Source of the DNA: an uncultured Acidobacteriota bacterium
GTDB taxonomy: Bacteria > Acidobacteriota > JAQAZP01
Direction of reading: 5' to 3'
Assembly (NCBI GenBank): GCA_963836075.1
Contig: CAWIIB010000001.1
Coordinates: forward strand, 1,536,001 to 1,600,000
Length of the DNA stretch: 64,000 nt
Positions 31,801-40,092 of the stretch are shown here, in pieces (positions within the stretch are counted from its first letter, which is position 1; each line of letters begins with the position of its first letter). The position numbers and the translations under genes were made by a program. The notes under the pieces were generated by a model. That model was not told the DNA's origin. It was given only the letters and a program-made list of their open reading frames with translations, and ran no database searches.

Positions 31801-32013
31801 GAAGGCCTCCCCGGACACCGTCAGCGGTGAGAGGGTCAGCGAGGGGAGCGAGAAGACCAGCTCCACCCCGCCGCGGTCGCTGCGGGCCACGGTGAATCCC
31901 GCCTCGCCCCAGCCCTTGTCAAAAACCAGTTGCTGAACCTGCGGCGCGGAGGTTGCCGGCAGCGCCGGAACCACGAGGACTAGAACAGCGATGAGCAGTT
32001 TGATCGGTCTCAT
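25825..32013 (-). CDS. Gingipain-family (C25) cysteine protease with propeptide, repeated Ig/carboxypeptidase-regulatory-like domains and C-terminal FG-GAP-like module
   Basis: Propeptide GMPNLP, VLFLGD, SDNVYADVDGDDLPD..GR, HRDHG (His) and SINCLTG (Cys). Three DD..GNGNG..E repeats. Confidence 0.88.
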   Translation of the reverse strand: MRPIKLLIAVLVLVVPALPATSAPQVQQLVFDKGWGEAGFTVARSDRGGVELVFSLPSLTLSPLTVSGEAFTQVSIPGAMLPTGPGMPNLPGAGRLVAVPNGAKIEVEVLQSRTRTLSGINVLPAARIPLETEPTPLPVKDPVIYSTNAVWPAQPVTMSTRRYLRGVETRMLGITPFGYNPVTGELTVYTDLRIRLTFSGGEGTVGTERLRSRHWDPILEKQLVNFDLLPEVDYSGRDYRGLDGVEYIIVVPDDPDFISWGQTLADFRQLQGISSQVFTVTEMGGNYAASIESFIDDAYNTWGTAPVAVLFLGDHAADGQPGGVVSPTHGYYVSDNVYADVDGDDLPDVVAGRITARNAAELAVMINKVLDYEQSPPTVPDFYNNPMVACGFQTERWFQICTEIVRGFWANELGKTPLRQYNVYSGSPDPGDPWSTNSNTWMLVEHFGTAGLNYIPDTQPAIDWNSGSAAGINAGINAGCFVLQHRDHGSETGWGEPDYGISDLSGIDNGDLLPWVFSINCLTGMFDMSGECFAEVFHRMEGGALGITAATDVSYSFVNDTYVFGSYDSMWPDFDPSYPTTGRDPGRDDLRPAFANASGKYFLEASNWPYNPSDKEITYYLFHAHADPFTTLYSEVPGSMSVTHGAALLSMVPFFTVTAPEGSLIALTRGGEILGTAEGTGAPVDVTVPGQLPGLPPVTVTVTKVNCYRYQADVEVIPPSGPYVAFSNWTIDDSGGNGNGLLDAGETVNLTVTLRNYGVEAATTVAAVLSSGDPLVTIHADSVSYGDIDPDASASGSGTYVVELDVTCPDGQALGFGVDVTADGGHQWASAFSLVGQSDPDVAVTPATLDPFCFEGVDTSVDLLVENLGTRELDGTFTAGAPWITVVPGSGQVAPGGSALVTVNCDATDLGAGIYSSEVILESNDPDEPTLAVPVTFTVQSSPILFYLNHRIDDDNLGESQGNGNGNPEANETIELQVSLVNRGTVTASGVTAVLMSDDPYIQLTDTVEEMPDIEPGSAGTSLDDFGFTVLGTCPAEHLLQLELALSANEGPKQWVDGFTCHITATLNAVTGQVTELGSGMPLPAAMVTLSGPGTDRSFGTNELGHYFAYGLASGSYTVMAGAAGYSDAVPLQVTLPPNAVADFALGASDIAVTPESFSVSLPPWSELQLPFRVDNLGDVTLDFEVQVDGAGVGIQEETLGSTYDSYSGGYRTRGNVYHVDSETLLREVRFMLNMTSATNLVHVVYEGDSLTGSYQRVFGVEVAEPGGGTAWYSSGPIELELEEGKYYFIGCAFDSSCTYYRGPGYPPYTTTFGTLQTGVVDDVYPPPDPYSQSDTGINAYHQMLVTGTGYWAEPDIQAGSVAPGGNQQLMVNFSSLDMAFGVHEAQFLLHTNDPDENPLAVPLTIEVFDGPVIAYQDHLVDDDSQGSSQGDGDGVPEAGESVEIPLTLVNNGAAAAQAVTATIEVNDCAWVTVTDDSETWNDIPAGGSAVSLDDFDLYISPSCPNGTTFTVELTIASQGVSGVWRGAFELTVEALSRIAGVVDDMSGGTGLEGAVVTYSGPSSGSVIAGQGGEYDIVGLEPGTYTLTASADGYLDSAPAEATLPPDAAVNFHLGRPNVVVTPTELQLMLYEETWEATALFIGNTGSVELSFQLQSDVGWISFQPASGQVAPGGSVEIQVIFAAGGLSTGTHQGTIQVLSDDPDSGVVTVPALMMAYRTLILTGPGPAQANPALVRTFRRTLNDWYEFSDEFTAYGADRYGVNVAAADIDGDLFDEILTGPGPGTAFGPLVRAFEMDGSPVDGGAAMVMAYGTLNYGVGVAGGDLDGDGRDEIITGPGPGAVFGPHARAFSYDPVARVVSPLPGVSFLAYNTNKFGLNVTAGDVDGDGFDEIITGPGPGGMFGPHLRGWNVDGAAAVVIPQINCFAYDAACRFGIRVACGDLDGDGRDEIVTGPGPDPAMGPRVCGWSYEEGTLAPMPSVDFFPYDQTTGYGVVVACGDLDDDGIDELITVPGPSEAFPCHVRGFNYDGVALTPMPRVNFIAYDPELVRQGGRLAAGNFGEE

Positions 32014-32598
32014 GGCCTGGACCCTCCCCTGTTTATGAATTCGTTGGCATGGCCACACAGACAGGTGACGTCGCCGTATATCTATTCCCCCTGGTTGGAT
32101 GAGAACGGATGGAGCCTAAACAGTTATTTACTAAATTTGTATTTTATATTTAGTTCTTGATCGGGCAAATGTCCAGTGCTTTTTCAATTACGAAGAGCAT
32201 ATCACATTTTCCCGCAGGCCCAAGGCAGCAGCAGGGGTCTCCAGCCCCATACCCCACTGAAGGTATTGGACATGAAAGTGGAGCTCCCCACCCTGCTGAA
32301 CCAGTGTTCCACCGTTACCCCGGGCGAGGCGAACCTCCAGGCAGAGGAAAACCCCGAAACCTATCATTCGCCACAAGGATCAGATGTCAATACGATCAAA
32401 TCTTTCATCCTCAGGAACATATCTTGAGAATTACCTCGAAGCCTCCTTGTTTCCTTGTCGTTGAATACCTATATTTAATAAAAGGATTTTGACCCGGGGC
32501 GGTACCACTACAAGTTTCCGGGTCCCACACGTTTATACCGCTGTCAGGATTTTGCTTTGCATCCTTTCCCAGACCATGTAACCGCCGGAGGTAGTGCA

Positions 32599-35500
32599 AT
32601 GAAGGCCTCGTATCGTCATCTCCTGATCCTCGTCGCATTTTTCATGCTCATCCCCAGCACCAGCCAGCCATCCCAGGCCGCCTGGTCCACCAATCCATCG
32701 GAGAACACCCCGGTGTGCACCCTGAGCGAAAACCAGGATGCTCCGCAAATGGTGAGTGACGGGGCCGGAGGGATGATCATCGTCTGGCGCGACGTCCGTT
32801 ATTCAGGCTGGTCCTTTGTTTACGCTCAGCGGCTGGACGCTTCCGGAGAAGAAGTCTGGCAGGCAAACGGCATATCCGTCTGCCCCTATGAGCACAACCA
32901 GCACGCCCCGATGCTGATCAGCGACGGCGACGGCGGCGCGGTCATCACCTGGCTTGACTACCGCTCAGGGTCCACCGAAATCTATGCCCAGCGGTTGGAC
33001 AGCGACGGCAATCAGCTCTGGCCCTTGGATGGAGTGGCGGTCTGCGGCATTGACGGCAGTTCCTGGGAGCCGGAAATTGCCTCAGACGGCGCCGGCGGTG
33101 CAATCATCTGCTGGATGGACAGCCGCCCCGGCAGCCACTGGGACATCTACGCCCAACGGATTGATGGTTCGGGATCCGTGGCCTGGACAATTGACGGCAT
33201 CCCGGTCTGCAACGCCGCCTACAACCAGCTCGATCCCCGAGTGATCAGCGACGGCGCCGGCGGCGCTTTTTTCTCCTGGCAGGATCCCCGTTCCGGCGTG
33301 GACGACGACATCTACTGTCAGCGCATCGACTCTTCGGGCACGGCCCTCTGGACAGCCAACGGCGAAGCCGTCTGCCTGCTGTCCGGCCACCAGCAATACA
33401 CCAGCCTGGCCAGTGACGACAACGGTGGCGTCTATATCGGCTGGCGGGACCAGTTCTCCGGCGATCCAGATATTTACGTCCAGCGCCTCGACGGTTCCGG
33501 AGCACCGCTCTGGCCCATCGATGGCCTCCCCGTCTGTACCGCAGCAGGCGACCAGGACTGGGTCGCCCTGGAAGCGGACGGCACGGGCGGCGTATTCGTC
33601 GCCTGGGACGACGAGCGGGCGAGCAGTTTCGACAACAACATCTACGCCCAGCGCCTGGACGGCTCCGGCACGGCACTGTGGACCGCAGACGGGATCGCCG
33701 TTTGTACCGCAACAAACAACCAGACCGTGCCGAGAATCACCGGGGACAGAGCCGGCGGTGCCCTTCTCGTCTGGCTGGACTACCGCACCAGCAGCAGCTA
33801 TGACCTCTATGCCCAGCGGATCGACCAGTGGGGCTTCCTGCTCTGGGAGGAAAACGGTGTGGCGGTGGGCGCGGCGACAAGCAACCAGCTCGACCCCGTT
33901 TTGCTGGCCGACGGCAATGGTGGAATGTTTGTCGCCTGGGAAGACGATCGTCCGGGCACCGACTACGATGTCTACGCCCAGCACATCGACTTCCACGGTC
34001 GACGGGCCGGAGCGGCCTGGTCAGTCGACCCGGGCGAAAACAATCCGGCCTGTCTGGCGACATACTATCAACACGAGGCCGAGGCGGTGAGCGACGGTGA
34101 GGGTGGTGTGATCGCCATCTGGCGGGACATTCGTGATTTCACCACATCCGAAGTCTACGTCCAGCGGATGGACAGCAGAGGCAGCCAACTCTGGACCATG
34201 GACGGTGTTTTGGTCACCACCGGCTCCGGGGGCAAATTCGACTCTGTGCTGGCCAGTGACGGCCAGGGCGGGGCGCTCATCGCCTGGAAAGATGGCCGGT
34301 CGGGCATCGAATTCGACATCTACGCACAACGGGTCGACGCCACGGGAACCGCGCTCTGGACCACGCACGGTGTGGCGGTCTGTACCACGGTGGAGAACGC
34401 GGACTACATCTGCATCACCGATGACGGCGCGGGAGGAGCGATCATCTCCTGGCATGATTTCCGAAACGGCAGTCACACGGACGTTTACTGCCAACATCTG
34501 GATGCTTCGGGGACACCCCTCTGGACTGCAAACGGGGTATTGGTCTGCGGTGCGGCCGGCCATCAGACCCTGGCACAATGCGTCACCGACGGATCCGGCG
34601 GCGCGATCATCAGCTGGGCTGACGCTCGCGACAGCCTGCCGTCCGATACCTACACCCAACGGATCGATTTCCTTGGGAGCCCCCTCTGGACCACCAACGG
34701 TATCCAGGTCTTCACCGATTCCGGCGCACCCAGGATGATCAGTGACGGCGCGGGCGGAGCGATCATCACCAACCGTTCGGGCAGCAGCCCCGACTATGAC
34801 ATCGCTGCACAGAAGGTGAATGCCAGCGGCAATCTGACCTGGCCCGGGACTGTTGTCTGCGATGACACCGACAGCCAATTCAATCCCAAACTGGTGAGCG
34901 ACGGCTTGGGTGGAGCAATCATCGCCTGGGAGGATTTCCGTAACTCGGAACAATATGACATCTACGCCCAGCATATATCCACCAACGGTGATACGCACTG
35001 GAGTTCCATCGGTATCCCGATCTGCACCCACTCGGCCAGTCAATACGAACCAACCGTAGCCAGTGACGGGGCCGGCGGTGCGATAATCGCCTGGGAAGAC
35101 TACCGATCCGGATTAATCAGAAACATCTACGCACAACACGTTGACGATTCGGGCGCCACCACCTGGCCGTATAGCGGTCTAGCCATAGGGACAGCAGCCG
35201 GCGACAAGTATGGACCCCAGGTGGTGAGTGACGGCAGGGGCGGCGCCATCGCCGTCTGGGTGGACGGCCGGGTTTCGAGTAACGACATCTACGCTCAGCG
35301 GGTGGGCCGCCACGGAGAACTCGGTGATGGAACCCCAGCGATCAAAAACGTCATCGACCACCCGGACGACCAGGGGGGGGTGACCATCGTCAGCTGGGAA
35401 CGCAGCCCCCATGACGAATTCCCCCACCAGCGGATCACCCACTACACGGTCTGGTCGAGACTGCCCGAAGATGCCGACCGGGCCGGCTGGACCTGGGTAG

Positions 35501-36330
35501 GCGAGGTTCCTGCCTACTACCAGGAAGAGTACGGGTTCAATGCCCCGACTTACGAAGACCATACCGGCGGCTTGCCCTTCCCCCTCACCGAATACAAGGT
35601 GATGGCCCACACCGACGACCACTGGGTCTTCTGGGAATCGGATGTCAGGAGCGGCTGCTCGGTGGACAACCTGGCTCCGGGGGCGCCATTGACCCTGCTC
35701 GGCCTACCTGATGAAGCGGATGTCGTGCTCACCTGGGAGGCCAGCGGCCATGACGACGAGGACCTGGCCCACTACAACGTCTACCGCGGAACAACGCCCG
35801 GGTTCAGCCCAGACCCGGATACGCTGATCGGCACGACCATTGACATCGAGTTCACCGACCCATCCCCGGGTTCGGGGACCTTCTACTACGTGGTGGCCGG
35901 TGAGGACGTGCACGGCAACGTGGGCACCCCGTCCAACGAGGCAGCGGTTCCACTGTCCACATCAACGGTGGCCGCGGCCCTGGCCTGTTCCCCGTCCTCG
36001 GGAGTCCTGCCTTTTGTCTGCGGATTCAATGTGGAACTGACCAACCAGTACCAGGGACAGATCCGCCGCATCGTCGGCCGGATCAATGTCACCCTGGCCA
36101 ATGGAACATCCTATGGCAACTGGCGGGCGGGCAGTACCAATGTTTCACCTGGCAGCACCTATGTCACCCAGTGGAACCAGCCGATCCCGGCACTGGCTCC
36201 CCTGGTGGGCGACAACCTGTTCCGGCTGGTGGTTGCGGATGTTACACCGGCGCCCTACAACCAGCCGCCCTATCCCCCGGCCGGGGATACGGATTCCGAT
36301 ACGGCCACGGTTACCGGCATTGCGCCGTAA
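32599..36330 (+). CDS. Large secreted repeat (double beta-propeller) protein with FnIII-like domain and 122-aa C-terminal module
   Basis: SD GGAGG, signal peptide, many 'SDGAGGAIIAW.D.R....DIYAQR.D..G..LW' repeats and HYNVYRGT. Confidence 0.8.
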   Translation: MKASYRHLLILVAFFMLIPSTSQPSQAAWSTNPSENTPVCTLSENQDAPQMVSDGAGGMIIVWRDVRYSGWSFVYAQRLDASGEEVWQANGISVCPYEHNQHAPMLISDGDGGAVITWLDYRSGSTEIYAQRLDSDGNQLWPLDGVAVCGIDGSSWEPEIASDGAGGAIICWMDSRPGSHWDIYAQRIDGSGSVAWTIDGIPVCNAAYNQLDPRVISDGAGGAFFSWQDPRSGVDDDIYCQRIDSSGTALWTANGEAVCLLSGHQQYTSLASDDNGGVYIGWRDQFSGDPDIYVQRLDGSGAPLWPIDGLPVCTAAGDQDWVALEADGTGGVFVAWDDERASSFDNNIYAQRLDGSGTALWTADGIAVCTATNNQTVPRITGDRAGGALLVWLDYRTSSSYDLYAQRIDQWGFLLWEENGVAVGAATSNQLDPVLLADGNGGMFVAWEDDRPGTDYDVYAQHIDFHGRRAGAAWSVDPGENNPACLATYYQHEAEAVSDGEGGVIAIWRDIRDFTTSEVYVQRMDSRGSQLWTMDGVLVTTGSGGKFDSVLASDGQGGALIAWKDGRSGIEFDIYAQRVDATGTALWTTHGVAVCTTVENADYICITDDGAGGAIISWHDFRNGSHTDVYCQHLDASGTPLWTANGVLVCGAAGHQTLAQCVTDGSGGAIISWADARDSLPSDTYTQRIDFLGSPLWTTNGIQVFTDSGAPRMISDGAGGAIITNRSGSSPDYDIAAQKVNASGNLTWPGTVVCDDTDSQFNPKLVSDGLGGAIIAWEDFRNSEQYDIYAQHISTNGDTHWSSIGIPICTHSASQYEPTVASDGAGGAIIAWEDYRSGLIRNIYAQHVDDSGATTWPYSGLAIGTAAGDKYGPQVVSDGRGGAIAVWVDGRVSSNDIYAQRVGRHGELGDGTPAIKNVIDHPDDQGGVTIVSWERSPHDEFPHQRITHYTVWSRLPEDADRAGWTWVGEVPAYYQEEYGFNAPTYEDHTGGLPFPLTEYKVMAHTDDHWVFWESDVRSGCSVDNLAPGAPLTLLGLPDEADVVLTWEASGHDDEDLAHYNVYRGTTPGFSPDPDTLIGTTIDIEFTDPSPGSGTFYYVVAGEDVHGNVGTPSNEAAVPLSTSTVAAALACSPSSGVLPFVCGFNVELTNQYQGQIRRIVGRINVTLANGTSYGNWRAGSTNVSPGSTYVTQWNQPIPALAPLVGDNLFRLVVADVTPAPYNQPPYPPAGDTDSDTATVTGIAP

Positions 36331-36348
36331 ACTTCTGGAGGCAGCGTC

Positions 36349-39300
36349 ATGAAGGCATTGCGCAATTGTTTCATGTTTCTCGTGTTGTCAATCATTATCG
36401 TTGCCTTCTCCTGGCAACCAACTTTTGCCGCCTGGTCCACCAACCCCTCGGAGAACACCGTGGTCTCCGGTGGTGTGTACAACCAGGATGATCCGCAGAT
36501 CGTCAGCGACGGCGCCGGCGGGTCGATCATCGCCTGGCGTCATGTCCGGTCCATTGCCGGCACCGAGACCGACATCTTTGTTCAGCGTCTCGATGCCGAA
36601 GGCAACGAGCTCTGGATCGCCAACGGGACGGCGGTCTGCAGGGCAACTGGAAACCAGACCGCACCAGTCCTGGTGGGTGACGGCACCGGCGGGGCAGTGA
36701 TCACCTGGCTCGACTACCGTTCCGGATCCACCGAGATCTATGCCCAGCGGGTGGACAGCAGCGGCGACAAGCTCTGGGCCACGGACGGCGTATCGATATG
36801 CAGCAGCCCCACCGGCAACCCCTGGGAGCCGGAGATCGCCACGGACGGCGCCGGCGGAGCGATCATCGCCTGGATGGAGGGCCGTACCGGGTCCCAGTGG
36901 GACATTTACGCCCAGCGGGTGGACAGTTCAGGGAGCACGCTCTGGACCACCGACGGCGTGGCGGTCTGCACGGCGGCAGACAGCCAGCTCGGCGTGGTGG
37001 TGGTCGGTGATGGTGCCGGCGGAGCTATTCTAGGGTGGGGTGACCTGCGTGACGGTGACTTTTACGATGTCTATCTTCAGCAGGTGGACCCTTCGGGCAG
37101 CATGCTCTGGACAGCCAACGGAATCTCCATGGGCGCCTTGTCGGAGAATGAGTTATCCCCCGACCTGATGGGTGACAGTGCTGGTGGAGTATTTGTTTCC
37201 TGGCCCGACGAAAGATCCGGAGAGAAAGATATCTATGCCCAGCGGGTTGACGGGAACGGCAATCAACTGTGGACCGTCGGCGGTGAACCGGTCTGCAGCG
37301 CATCCAATGAGCAGACCGATCCCCGCCTGGCCGGTGACGGCTCGGGCGGAGCGATCGTGGTCTGGCAGGACTGGCGAGCAGGGACCAACAGTGACCTCTA
37401 TGCCCAGCGAGTTGACATGGACGGCACTGCGCTGTGGGCCACCGACGGGATCGCGATCTGTACAGCAGCAGGAGATCAGTACAGTCATCAACTGGTGAGC
37501 GACGGGGCCGGCGGAGCAGTGATCGCCTGGACAGACTTCCAGGTCGGTTACAGCCGCGACATCTACGCCCAACGCATCGATACCTGGGGCATCGTGCTAT
37601 GGCCCGACCGAGGAGTGGTCATCAGCATGGCGGCGAACGACCAGCGTGACCCGGCGCTGACAGCCGACGGTGATGGCGGCGTGTTCATCGTCTGGGACGA
37701 CATCCGTTCGGGGACCAACTATGACGTCTATGCCCAGCATGTGGACTTCAACGGTCGCCGGGCCGGAGCCGCCTGGTCCCACGACCCGAACGAGAACAAT
37801 CCGGTTTGCCTTCCCACAACAAACCAGTATAGCCCCAAAATGGTGAGCGATGAGGATGGCGGCGCCATTGTGGCCTGGTGGGAAGCTCGCAGCGGCCCTC
37901 GTGACATATACGCTCAGCGATTGGATCGCATGGGTAGTCCTCTCTGGACTGCGGATGCCGTACCTGTTTGCGTCACACCATTCCAATCGGAATATCTCAA
38001 TATTGTCGGAGACGGCGCTGGCGGGGCCATCATCACCTGGGAAGAAGACAGCTCGGGAACCGGTGCTGATATCTATGTCCAGCGGGTGGACAAATTTGGG
38101 GTTACGCAATGGACCACCAACGGGATCGCCGTCTGTTCGCTAGCGGATGATCAGACGCGGCCATCGATCACCAGCGATGGAGCAGGAGGAGCGATCATCG
38201 CCTGGACTGACCAACGGTCCGGGACCGGGTATGACATCTACGCCCAGCGGGTGAGCGCCTCCGGCACTCCGCTCTGGACTGCTGGCGGTCTGGCGGTCTG
38301 CACGGAATCCGCTGACCAGTGGGGCTCGACGCTGGCCAGTGACGGGGCAGGTGGGGCGATCATCGCCTGGATCGATGACCGTCTTACTGCTTACACATTA
38401 TATGCCCAGCGGTTGGATAGCGCAGGTACGGCACTCTGGTCTCTTGACGGCAGGACAGTAAGTTCCCCTGTCTTCAATGTGAATGAATACGACCTGGTGA
38501 GCGACGGCAATGGTGGGATTATTGCCGCCTGGTCGGAGGATCTGGGTGGCGACACAGAGATTGTGACCCAACGATTGGACAGTTCAGGTAACCAGGAGTG
38601 GGGTTTTGACGGAGTGCAGCTAACCGAGATGACCGGGCCCCAGGATCGACCCCGGCTGCTTGCTGGCGATGCCGGTGGAGCGATCATCACCTGGCTGGAC
38701 GCTCGCTCAATGTCGCAATACGAAGTGTATGCGCAACGCATATCTCCTGCCGGGATCCTGGACTGGGCCACCAACGGCGTGGCCATCACTCCGGCCATGG
38801 GTGCGTCAGGCGTTGAGATCGTGAGTGATGGCGCTGATGGGGCTGTCATTTCCTACCGATACTCACATTCCGGAGGTGCCCCCAACATCTACAACCAGCG
38901 GGTGAGTGGAACCGGCAGCATTTCCTGGGATGTAAATGGCATGCCGATTTGCACGGCCACCGACTATCAGGATTCGCATCAAATAATTCTCACCACCGAG
39001 AACAAAGTCATCGTCAGTTGGGGTGACCAGCGATCAGGCGAAAGTAAAATCTATGCACAGCAGGCAGACCTGAACGGCTACCTCGGCGACCCCGAGCCCA
39101 CAGTGAGCACCGTCATCGACCACCCCGAAGACCAGGGTGGCGTCACCGTGCTCAGTTGGGAACCGAGCCCCCATGACGAGTTCCTATCCCAGGTAGTGAC
39201 ACACTACTCGGTCTGGAAGCGCCTTCCCGATGATCCGGATCGTGCCGGCTGGACGTTGATGAATACCGTAGTGGCCACCTACCAGTCCGAGTACGGCTTC

Positions 39301-40092
39301 GACGCCGCGACCTACGAAGACTACACCGGCGGCCCCGACTTCCCGCTCACCGAATACAAGGTCATCGCCCACACCTCCGATCCCTGGGTCTTCTGGGAGT
39401 CGGGCGTCAGGCGCGGCTGTTCGATGGACAACCTGGCCCCGGGAGCACCGTTGACCCTGCTCGGCCTGCCGGATGAATCAGACGTGCTGCTCACCTGGGA
39501 AGCCAGCGGCGATGACGATGAGGACCTGGCCCACTACAACGTATACCGTGGCACAACGCCAGGATTCGCCGTGGACGAAAACTCGCTGATCGGCACGGTC
39601 ACCGACATCGAATACACCGACCCCAACCCGGGTTACGGCACCTGGTACTACCGGGTGGCCGGCGAGGACGTGCACGGCAACGTGGGCACAGCGTCCAACG
39701 AGGCTGCGGTGCCACTCTCCACCTCGACGGTGGCGGCATCGCTGACCTGCACCCCGCCGGCGGGCGTCCTGCCCTTTGTCTCCCAGATGAGGGTTGAGCT
39801 GACCAACCAGTACACGGGCCTGACCCGCCGCATCGCCGGTCGGATCAACGTCACCCTGGCCAGCGGCAAGTATTACCCCAACTGGCGGGCCGGTTCCACC
39901 AATGTCCAGCCCGGCAGCACTTATGTCACCAGCTGGAACCAGCCGATCCCGGCCCTGGCCCCCCTGGTGGGTGACAACCAGTTCCGGCTGGTGGCCGCGG
40001 ATGTGACACCGGCGCCCTACAACCAGCCGCCCTATCCGCCGGCCGGGGATACGGACTCGGCGACGGTCACAGTTACCGGCATGGCGCCATAG
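36349..40092 (+). CDS. Tandem paralogue of 32599..36330
   Basis: Same repeats, same architecture and same C-terminal module. Confidence 0.8.
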   Translation: MKALRNCFMFLVLSIIIVAFSWQPTFAAWSTNPSENTVVSGGVYNQDDPQIVSDGAGGSIIAWRHVRSIAGTETDIFVQRLDAEGNELWIANGTAVCRATGNQTAPVLVGDGTGGAVITWLDYRSGSTEIYAQRVDSSGDKLWATDGVSICSSPTGNPWEPEIATDGAGGAIIAWMEGRTGSQWDIYAQRVDSSGSTLWTTDGVAVCTAADSQLGVVVVGDGAGGAILGWGDLRDGDFYDVYLQQVDPSGSMLWTANGISMGALSENELSPDLMGDSAGGVFVSWPDERSGEKDIYAQRVDGNGNQLWTVGGEPVCSASNEQTDPRLAGDGSGGAIVVWQDWRAGTNSDLYAQRVDMDGTALWATDGIAICTAAGDQYSHQLVSDGAGGAVIAWTDFQVGYSRDIYAQRIDTWGIVLWPDRGVVISMAANDQRDPALTADGDGGVFIVWDDIRSGTNYDVYAQHVDFNGRRAGAAWSHDPNENNPVCLPTTNQYSPKMVSDEDGGAIVAWWEARSGPRDIYAQRLDRMGSPLWTADAVPVCVTPFQSEYLNIVGDGAGGAIITWEEDSSGTGADIYVQRVDKFGVTQWTTNGIAVCSLADDQTRPSITSDGAGGAIIAWTDQRSGTGYDIYAQRVSASGTPLWTAGGLAVCTESADQWGSTLASDGAGGAIIAWIDDRLTAYTLYAQRLDSAGTALWSLDGRTVSSPVFNVNEYDLVSDGNGGIIAAWSEDLGGDTEIVTQRLDSSGNQEWGFDGVQLTEMTGPQDRPRLLAGDAGGAIITWLDARSMSQYEVYAQRISPAGILDWATNGVAITPAMGASGVEIVSDGADGAVISYRYSHSGGAPNIYNQRVSGTGSISWDVNGMPICTATDYQDSHQIILTTENKVIVSWGDQRSGESKIYAQQADLNGYLGDPEPTVSTVIDHPEDQGGVTVLSWEPSPHDEFLSQVVTHYSVWKRLPDDPDRAGWTLMNTVVATYQSEYGFDAATYEDYTGGPDFPLTEYKVIAHTSDPWVFWESGVRRGCSMDNLAPGAPLTLLGLPDESDVLLTWEASGDDDEDLAHYNVYRGTTPGFAVDENSLIGTVTDIEYTDPNPGYGTWYYRVAGEDVHGNVGTASNEAAVPLSTSTVAASLTCTPPAGVLPFVSQMRVELTNQYTGLTRRIAGRINVTLASGKYYPNWRAGSTNVQPGSTYVTSWNQPIPALAPLVGDNQFRLVAADVTPAPYNQPPYPPAGDTDSATVTVTGMAP

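Noticed and set aside
32176-32492. Small ORFs in the divergent intergenic region
   Set aside because: No convincing SD, codon bias or motif; more likely promoter DNA, although a small peptide from ATG 32272 cannot be excluded.
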